Shown here piece by piece: positions 57,301 through 64,000 of a stretch of 64,000 nt of DNA (its first letter is position 1; each line of letters opens with the position of its first letter). This stretch comes from an uncultured Gammaproteobacteria bacterium (lineage in GTDB: Bacteria > Patescibacteriota > Patescibacteriia > Magasanikbacterales > GWA2-37-8): positions 119,189 to 183,188 of the forward strand of contig CAYHBZ010000002.1 in NCBI GenBank assembly GCA_964355175.1, in the 5' to 3' direction. The notes beneath the pieces are model-generated. The model had not been told where the DNA came from. It did not search any database and saw nothing but the letters and a program-made list of their open reading frames with translations. The translations under genes and the position numbers were made by a program.

Positions 57301-58515
57301 ATGCCGTATCTCAGTCGCATTCTCAACAGCACTGTCAGCGACAGTAGTGAAGCGGTAATTGGTAAACTGGAAGATTTTTTGGTAAAGCCAAAAGCCGGCG
57401 AATATTGTCCGATTGAATATTTAATTATAAAAAAGCGTCACTCCAAAAAAAGAGTGATTATTCCTTACGAAGCGGTGGAAAATTTCAGCAAAGAAGAAGT
57501 GTCTTTGCGTGTTTTATTTTCTAAAATAAATTTTTTGGAGAGTGCTCCACCTGGATATGTGCGCCTAAATCGTGATGTGATGGATCAGCAAATAGTGGAT
57601 CTTTCTGGCGCGCGCGTGGTGCGCGTAAACGATCTGCGTATTGGCGACTTTGAAGGTAAAATGAATATTTTGGCCATTGATATCAGTAATCGCGGCCTTC
57701 TGCGCCGTTTGGGACTTACCTGGCTTGATGTCTTTAATTTATTAAAAGTAAATTTGATTGATTGGCGTAAAGTCCAGCTGGTAAAGGGTGAATTGAAATT
57801 GGACAGTGCCTCCAAAGATCTCACCAAATTACATCCGGCCGATATTGCCAATATCGTTGAAGATCTGAGCTTGAATCAGGGTAGTAATTTGGTTTTGTCG
57901 CTTGATAAAAATACGGCCGCTCAAGTATTTGAAGAGATTGACCCGGAGATGCAGAAATTATTAATTTCACATCTTAGTCCCGAGCATGCCGCGCGTATCA
58001 GTGAGCGTATGTCGGTAGATGAGTTGGTGGATTTGATTCATTTTTTGCCGGAATACAAATCCAAACAACTCATGGATTATGTGGAAAACGATCGCATGAA
58101 ACATGTTCATAAACTTTTGAAATACGAAGATAATACTGCCGGTGGTCTGATGTCGCTGGATTACCTCAGCTGTTTGCCGGAAGAAACCGTGGGTCAGGCT
58201 ATAGAAAAAATTCGAAAACTTTCCGATAGATTTCGCGCCATTAATTATGTGTACATTTTAGATGAAAATGGTAAATACAAAGGTGTCGCCTCTTTGCGTC
58301 GTTTGCTTATCAATGATCACGCTACCCAGCTAGGCAAGATTATGAAAAAAAGTGCTAATTTGCCGGTATTACTTCCAAATCATTCGGTAAAGAGAGTATC
58401 TCATATGATGACCAAGTACGATCTGAATACAGTGGCGGTATTGGATAAAGATAATAATTTTTTGGGAGTAGTCACCGTGGATGATGTGATGCGTGTGTTA
58501 TTGCCAAACGCCTAA
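57301..58515 (+). CDS. MgtE-like cytosolic protein (PRC barrel, MgtE N domain, CBS pair; no TM domain)
   Basis: DQQIVDL.GARVVRVNDL, LHPADIA.IVEDL, YEDNTAGGLM, GVVTVDDV. Confidence 0.9.
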   Translation: MPYLSRILNSTVSDSSEAVIGKLEDFLVKPKAGEYCPIEYLIIKKRHSKKRVIIPYEAVENFSKEEVSLRVLFSKINFLESAPPGYVRLNRDVMDQQIVDLSGARVVRVNDLRIGDFEGKMNILAIDISNRGLLRRLGLTWLDVFNLLKVNLIDWRKVQLVKGELKLDSASKDLTKLHPADIANIVEDLSLNQGSNLVLSLDKNTAAQVFEEIDPEMQKLLISHLSPEHAARISERMSVDELVDLIHFLPEYKSKQLMDYVENDRMKHVHKLLKYEDNTAGGLMSLDYLSCLPEETVGQAIEKIRKLSDRFRAINYVYILDENGKYKGVASLRRLLINDHATQLGKIMKKSANLPVLLPNHSVKRVSHMMTKYDLNTVAVLDKDNNFLGVVTVDDVMRVLLPNA

Positions 58516-58518
58516 AAT

Positions 58519-59775
58519 ATGAGCATTGAAAAAAAACGAAAAACACTGTGGACCAGAATTTTGCTAATTAGCTCGGTAGTTGGTCCGGGGATTATTGCCG
58601 GTACGGCCGATAACGATGCGGGTGGAATTGCGACTTATTCGGTGGCAGGCGCACAGTTTGGCTATCATCTGATTTGGGTCTTATTTTTGGTCACTTTTGT
58701 TTTGGCTATCACCCAGGAAATGGGTGCTCGTTTGGGTATTGTATCGGGCAAAGGTTTGGGCGCTTTGATTCGTGAAAATTTTCCTTTCAAAGCGACATTT
58801 TTGATAATCCTTTTGAGTTTTATTGCCAATTGGGCAAATATTTTAGCCAATGTAGCCGGTATGTCGGCGGTGGCCACAATTTATGGTATTCCGGCTTGGG
58901 CTTTTGTATTCAGCTCAGCTGGCTTACTCAGCTGGCTGGTAATATCTGGAAATTTTAAAAATATTCAGCGAGTATTTCTCACTTCTTCGCTGATGTATTT
59001 GGCCTATGTTTTTGCCGGTTTTATGATTCATCCAGATTGGGTTGAGGCAACCAAGTCTATTGTGGTGCCGTCTATTATTCCAACTCCGGAATTTCTATTT
59101 ATGGCCATTGCTTTAATTGGTACTACTGTTACCATTTGGGGTCAGTTTTTTGTTCAATCTTATTTTGCTGAAAAGGGTGTGCGCACCGAAGATTTAACTT
59201 TGGCCAGATTGGATGTTGGCGCTGGTGCTATTTGGACAAATTTTGTGGCCTTTTTTATCATCGTGGCTACGGCCGGCACATTATATGTAAAAAATATTAG
59301 CATTACCGATGCCGCCGATGCCGCTTTGGCACTGGAGCCCTTTGCCGGAGCTATGGCCAAACATTTATTTGCCTGGGGTCTATACAATGCCGCCATGCTT
59401 GGCGCCGGTGTAGTGACTATTTCTACTGCTTATACGATCACCGAAGCGTTTGGTTGGGAAGGGAAAATAAATGCGGGATTTAAAGAATCAGCTTCATTTT
59501 ATAAGATATTTTTGGTGTGTATTTTTTCAGCCGCAGTCATAGTGCTTATACCAAATTTTCCAATCGTGACAGTGTTGGTCGCCTCGCAAGCGCTGAATAC
59601 TTTTGTCTTACCAATATTATTTTTCTTTCTATTGCGTCTGCTTAACCGCAAAGATATTATGGGTAAATATGTCAACGGAATAGCGGCGAATATTTTTGGC
59701 TGGGTTTCGATTGTCGCGCTTACACTTTTAAATTTGGCTTATTTCATTTATCTGATTGTTTCTAAATTTAAATAA
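58519..59775 (+). CDS. NRAMP-related divalent cation (Mg2+-type) transporter
   Basis: GPGII.G.ADNDAGGIATYS.AGA.FGY, QEM.ARLG.V.GKG, GTT.T.W..FF.QS. Confidence 0.9.
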   Translation: MSIEKKRKTLWTRILLISSVVGPGIIAGTADNDAGGIATYSVAGAQFGYHLIWVLFLVTFVLAITQEMGARLGIVSGKGLGALIRENFPFKATFLIILLSFIANWANILANVAGMSAVATIYGIPAWAFVFSSAGLLSWLVISGNFKNIQRVFLTSSLMYLAYVFAGFMIHPDWVEATKSIVVPSIIPTPEFLFMAIALIGTTVTIWGQFFVQSYFAEKGVRTEDLTLARLDVGAGAIWTNFVAFFIIVATAGTLYVKNISITDAADAALALEPFAGAMAKHLFAWGLYNAAMLGAGVVTISTAYTITEAFGWEGKINAGFKESASFYKIFLVCIFSAAVIVLIPNFPIVTVLVASQALNTFVLPILFFFLLRLLNRKDIMGKYVNGIAANIFGWVSIVALTLLNLAYFIYLIVSKFK

Positions 59776-60916
59776 TAATTTTTTCAATAGCGGCCAACCA
59801 ATTGGTAGCCGCTTTTCCCCAAGAGTAATTTTCGGCCACAGTGTGGCCTTTTTTAATATAATTATTTTTTAATTGAGAATCGGTCAATAAAATTTTTATC
59901 CCTTGAGTGAGCTCGGTTACTTTATTCGGATTTACCAGATAAGAGGCATTGCCAGCAATCTCCGGTAGAGATGAGCGGTTGGCGGCGATAGTGGGTGCGC
60001 CCATACGCATCGCTTCAATGAGTGGGAAGCCAAAACCCTCGTAGAAACTATCGAAAATAAATAAGGAAGACAAGGTGTAAAAAACCGGTTTGTCTTCGGC
60101 TGCAATATAGCCGATAAATTTTATCTGCGAGGCGAGCGGTGATTTGATGGCGGTTTCGTAAATTTCTTTATTTTTCCAACCAGGAGCGCCCACGATTATT
60201 AGAGAGTATTTGGCCGTAAGTTCGGCGGGTAATTTTTCATAAGCTTTTATCACGGTGATGATGTTTTTGCGAGGCTCAATAGAACCTAAAAACAAAATAA
60301 AATTTTCCGGCAGGCTGTAGCGGTGTAGTACACGAGTTTTGTCCGTAGCCAAAGTAGGATTGGTAAGAGAAAAATTATTATCCACGCCAGGATAAATGGT
60401 TTTTATTTTTTCTTTTGGTATTTGATAATAATTCACTAAATCACGCCTAGTATTTTTTGAAGGTACAATAACTAAACTAGCGTTTTGGCATTGTTTCTTT
60501 GGTCCAATTATTTTATGCCAGAAGTTTTGTTTGATAGTGTAAAATTCTGGGAAAAGTTCAAATGATAGGTCGTGAATCGTGAGCAGGTATGGGATGTGAT
60601 GGCTGAGATTAAAAAAATTTAAATTGGGCGCGTACCAACAATCAATTTTTACCGGAATAAATTGATCAATTTTGATGAGTTTAAACAACAGCGCCAGGTT
60701 AAAAAATTTATTTGGATAGTTGCCCTGTACATAGTGAACATTATTTTGTTGCCAGGGCAAATTTTTGAGATTATAGTTTTTTGCGGCATTATAAAATAGG
60801 TAATACCGGTTTTTGGTATCCAATTTAAAAATAGCGTTGAGGAGCTCAAAGGTATACTCGCCAACGCCAGTTTTGTTTTTTGTCATCAGTGGGCGGATGT
60901 CGATGCCAATGTTCAT
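59768..60916 (-). CDS. GT4 glycosyltransferase
   Basis: MNIGIDIR, TGVGEY, TIHDL, EPRKN, SFYEGFGFPLIEAM. Confidence 0.94.
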   Translation of the reverse strand: MNIGIDIRPLMTKNKTGVGEYTFELLNAIFKLDTKNRYYLFYNAAKNYNLKNLPWQQNNVHYVQGNYPNKFFNLALLFKLIKIDQFIPVKIDCWYAPNLNFFNLSHHIPYLLTIHDLSFELFPEFYTIKQNFWHKIIGPKKQCQNASLVIVPSKNTRRDLVNYYQIPKEKIKTIYPGVDNNFSLTNPTLATDKTRVLHRYSLPENFILFLGSIEPRKNIITVIKAYEKLPAELTAKYSLIIVGAPGWKNKEIYETAIKSPLASQIKFIGYIAAEDKPVFYTLSSLFIFDSFYEGFGFPLIEAMRMGAPTIAANRSSLPEIAGNASYLVNPNKVTELTQGIKILLTDSQLKNNYIKKGHTVAENYSWGKAATNWLAAIEKIII

Positions 60917-60933
60917 ATATGTTCAAGTATCAC

Positions 60934-61108
60934 GCCGGATAAGATGTCTAATAATTTTTACCTGATAAAAGTTCGCATAATTGGCTATAAATTTTCGTTA
61001 TGGCCCTAAGGGTAGGGCCATTGCCCTTTCAGGGCACCACTCAAATTTATTGACGCCAATTAGGGGCTCACTTTTATGCGGAAAAAATTATTAGACATCT
61101 TATCCGGC
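60934..61108. repeat. rod-shaped structured repeat, copy 2
   Basis: same core as 50903-51030; outer IR GCCGGATAAGATGTCTAATAATTTTT mirrors the last codons of the upstream GT gene. Confidence 0.88.
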
Positions 61109-62206
61109 TCGGCTGGTTTGAAATTTAGAATATTGCTCGGTGACAAATTTCTCTATCTCGGTTTTGAAGCGGTCGGTGGAGAAATTTTGGGCGTGGGTGC
61201 GAATTTTTGTGCTATCAAAAGTAGTGTGGTCAAAATTGAGTAGGGTGTGTAGGAGTGATTCCCAAGTTTGTTCGGTAAAGAATACGCCGGTTTGGCTAGG
61301 GATTACTGTTTCGGTGGCGCCGCCTTGATTGAAAGCGATTATTGGACGACCAGCGGCCATAGCCTCGAGTGGTGTGATGCCGAAATCTTCTTTTTGAGGA
61401 TGAATAAAAGCAATGGCTTCGCTAAGTAATTTAATTTTTTCTTCTTCGGAGATTTTGCCGTAGAATTCAATATTGGCTTTGGCCATTCTTTTTAGGTGAG
61501 GGTATTCGGTACCGGTGCCAAAAATTTTTAGCGGCCAACCTAGACGGTTGAAGACTTTTATTATCAAGTCCATGCGTTTGTATGGTACCAAGCGTCCGCC
61601 GGCTACAAAATAATTTCCCAATTTAGGAGCGATTTGAAATCTAGCCGTGTCTACCGGAGGAAAAATTACTTCACTGGTGCGGCGATAATATTTTTCAATA
61701 CGGCGTTTGACGGTATTTGAGTTGGCGATAAAATGATCAACACGCTGGGTGCTAAGTTGATCCCACAAACGCAGACGATGGGTCAGTAGTGGTAAAATAA
61801 TTTTCACCAGTCGGTTGTTTTTTAAGTCTGAAAGATAGTTGTTACCATCGCCCCACAAAAAGCGTGGTGGAGTGTGGCAGTAGGCGATATGGAGAGTATC
61901 GGGTGAAGTAATAACTCCTTTGGCAAAACCCGAAGATGATGAGATTACCAGATCAAATTTTTGTAATTGGTGGCGTTCGGTGGCCAGGGGCATGAGCGGT
62001 AGATACCACTGAAAAATTTGATTTACAAATGGCAGGCGATTGAGAAAAGAAGTATGAATTTTTTCACTATCCAAGTAGTTAATTTTATTGGCATCGTGGA
62101 ATAAAACAAAAATTGGCGCATCCGGCCAAATTTCATGTAAGGCTTTGAGCACTTTTTCCGCCCCTCCATCCTGAGAAAGATAATCGTGAACTAGGGCCAC
62201 CTTCAT
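61100..62206 (-). CDS. GT4 glycosyltransferase (WbaZ-like)
   Basis: MKVALVHDYL.Q.GGAE.VL, YCHTP.R, RL.PYKR.D, EDFGITPLEAMAAGRP. Confidence 0.94.
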   Translation of the reverse strand: MKVALVHDYLSQDGGAEKVLKALHEIWPDAPIFVLFHDANKINYLDSEKIHTSFLNRLPFVNQIFQWYLPLMPLATERHQLQKFDLVISSSSGFAKGVITSPDTLHIAYCHTPPRFLWGDGNNYLSDLKNNRLVKIILPLLTHRLRLWDQLSTQRVDHFIANSNTVKRRIEKYYRRTSEVIFPPVDTARFQIAPKLGNYFVAGGRLVPYKRMDLIIKVFNRLGWPLKIFGTGTEYPHLKRMAKANIEFYGKISEEEKIKLLSEAIAFIHPQKEDFGITPLEAMAAGRPIIAFNQGGATETVIPSQTGVFFTEQTWESLLHTLLNFDHTTFDSTKIRTHAQNFSTDRFKTEIEKFVTEQYSKFQTSRAG

Positions 62207-63624
62207 ATAATAGATCCGGTTTTGCGCAAGACGATAAATGGAGTTTTAATTAAAATTACCAAGTCGGTAAATAGATTCCAGTGTTCAATATAAAAAATAT
62301 CCAGGCGGGCTTCTTCATCAAAGCTCAGATTACTGCGTCCGGAAATCTGGGTGATACCGGTAATACCTGGTTTGATAGCAATTACGGTTTTATGCCATTT
62401 TTCGTATTTATTTACTTCGCGCACTTGGTGTGGGCGCGGGCCGACCAAACTCATTTCGCCCTTTAGAACATTGAAAAATTGAGGAAATTCATCGATGCTA
62501 AAACAACGAATAAAGCGACCAAATGGAGTAATGCGAGGATCATTTTTAATCTTATAAACCGGGCCTTTTTTTTCACTTTTTTCTTCGATTAATTTTTTTT
62601 CTAGTTTTAAAGCCGCTTCACCATTTTTGCCAAACTGTTCACCGGTGCAATATTTTTGGTACATCGAACGAAATTTGAGCGTAAGAAACTTTTCTCCTTC
62701 TTGTCCGACGCGTTCGTTTTTATAAATAATTGGAAAACCACTTTCTAGTGCAATTACTATGGAGGTGATCAAAAAAATAGGAGAAAAAATGATGATCAAA
62801 AATAAACTGCCCACTATATCAGTCGTGCGTTTGATAATGCGGCCCCAGCCGGTAAGGCGAGTGCGGCGTAATTCTATAATTGGTATGCCGGCAATAGTAG
62901 ATATGGCCATATTGGATGAAATAGTCGCAAATAAATCAGCCGAATATTTGAAAGTAATATGATTTTCATTGGCGAAATCAATAGCCTGTAGGGCTTCGTC
63001 TTCACGACTTTTTGGATTGGTGAAAATTATTTCATCAATCCCAGATTTTTTGAGGCTATTAAATTTTTCCAAATTGAAATTTGGAACTTGTCCAATAATT
63101 TTATATCCAAAGTGAGAAGAAGCGGTCAGAGTGTTTAAAATTTGTTCTTCCACTTCGCCGCTACCAATAATGACAGTGCGACGCAAGCCAAGCCCGAGGC
63201 GGTAGCAAAAAATTTTGAGCAATCGCAAGACAATGCGACCAGTGCAAACATAGATCATCGCCAATACCCAGCTGGCCAACACCAAAAAGCGAGAATCAAA
63301 TTTTTGGAAAGTAAAGAATACATAGATAGTGATAGCCGCAAACCCGGTGGCGCAAGCAAAAAATACGCGGTTGAGCTCGCTGGTTAGTTTGCGATTGGGA
63401 TTGGTGCTGTATAATCCGGAAATTGCGAAGATGACTATCCAGCCGCCGGCGACTATGAGTACCAGTGGCCAATATTTTTCCCATGGCAGATTAAAAATCA
63501 CCGGACGAATGGCCGTAGTGATTTTGGCAAAACGCAAACCATAGGCCGTAAAAGCGGCCAATAGGAGCATGAGATAATCTAGCGGTAACTGTAAAAAAGT
63601 AAATGTTAGTTCAAAGCGTTTCAT
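62203..63624 (-). CDS. priming polyprenyl glycosylphosphotransferase (WcaJ/WbaP family)
   Basis: N-terminal TMs, KR..DI, KFRSM, DPRIT.FGRFIR..SIDE.PQ..NVLKGEMSLVGPRP, KPGITG..QISGRS. Confidence 0.95.
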   Translation of the reverse strand: MKRFELTFTFLQLPLDYLMLLLAAFTAYGLRFAKITTAIRPVIFNLPWEKYWPLVLIVAGGWIVIFAISGLYSTNPNRKLTSELNRVFFACATGFAAITIYVFFTFQKFDSRFLVLASWVLAMIYVCTGRIVLRLLKIFCYRLGLGLRRTVIIGSGEVEEQILNTLTASSHFGYKIIGQVPNFNLEKFNSLKKSGIDEIIFTNPKSREDEALQAIDFANENHITFKYSADLFATISSNMAISTIAGIPIIELRRTRLTGWGRIIKRTTDIVGSLFLIIIFSPIFLITSIVIALESGFPIIYKNERVGQEGEKFLTLKFRSMYQKYCTGEQFGKNGEAALKLEKKLIEEKSEKKGPVYKIKNDPRITPFGRFIRCFSIDEFPQFFNVLKGEMSLVGPRPHQVREVNKYEKWHKTVIAIKPGITGITQISGRSNLSFDEEARLDIFYIEHWNLFTDLVILIKTPFIVLRKTGSII

Positions 63625-63715
63625 ACTCTATATTTTAAGCTAAAAATGATTTTGCGTCAATTGGTCATAAAATTGACTTTTGCCCACAATTTAGATAAAA
63701 TTAAGCCATAAAAAT

Positions 63716-64000
63716 ATGCAATTGATTATTCCCGCCAGTCAAGTCAACGATCCGGAACATTTTATCCGCCGATGTGGATATGGACAGCACCGCACGCGTA
63801 CCGGTGAGACTAGCTATGTGAAGCGCGTCCATCGCGACTGGTACCCTCGTTTTCATGTGTATGTGAAAAAACAAGGTGAAAATTTTGTTTTTAACTTGCA
63901 TTTGGACCAGCGCGCTCCGGTATATGAAGGGCAGACCGCTCATGCGGGGGAATATGACGGTACAGTAGTAGAAAAAGAAGGAGAAAGAATTAAAAGTTTT
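63716..64000 (+). CDS. hypothetical protein, truncated by the window edge
   Basis: ATG 63716 open to the end: MQLIIPASQVNDPEHFIRRCGYG...YPRFHVY...NLHLDQRAPVYEGQTAHAGEYDG; TTGACT/TAAAAT promoter-like sequence upstream. Confidence 0.75.
   Translation, partial: MQLIIPASQVNDPEHFIRRCGYGQHRTRTGETSYVKRVHRDWYPRFHVYVKKQGENFVFNLHLDQRAPVYEGQTAHAGEYDGTVVEKEGERIKSF

Noticed and set aside
57301-59775. TM-less MgtE next to an NRAMP as a novel split transporter
   Set aside because: The pairing of MgtE-N/CBS proteins with NRAMP-related Mg2+ transporters is already described.

Overview
This is an AT-rich bacterial chromosomal segment. Its gene content and style point to a Patescibacteria (CPR, Parcubacteria/ABY1-like) genome (inference): leaders lack Shine-Dalgarno (SD) motifs, sigma70 promoters are near-consensus, and it has compact rpoB/rpoC, a 4-domain S1, a PilB ATPase, DUF4012 and several GT4 genes. 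Core genes are ruvB, class II RNR (nrdJ) with tandem NrdR boxes plus a PduO-type adenosyltransferase, rpoB-rpoC, yebC-ruvC, rnc-nusB-rpmF, gyrA, rpsA, ftsH, pilB, thrS-miaA, a polysaccharide locus and three tRNAs (Leu-TAA, Arg-TCG, Lys-CTT). No CRISPR array, integrase or transposase is visible. The main unexplained signal is a set of five dispersed single-gene units (about 31.9, 38.1, 39.8, 42.5 and 56.7 kb). Each has a native AT-rich promoter, a structured 5' leader with an SD motif, a GC-rich ORF with foreign codon usage, and a long bulged 3' hairpin; these hairpins are homologous in two pairs, with compensatory base changes. Other signals are a family of long rod-shaped palindromic elements with mirrored flanks, a T-box riboswitch with a minimal anticodon-like specifier hairpin before thrS, a 160-nt rod RNA co-transcribed with tRNA-Leu, a poly-G frameshifted GxxxG protein, a 34-aa histone-H1-like peptide, and a nucleotidase-YhhQ-CofE operon.
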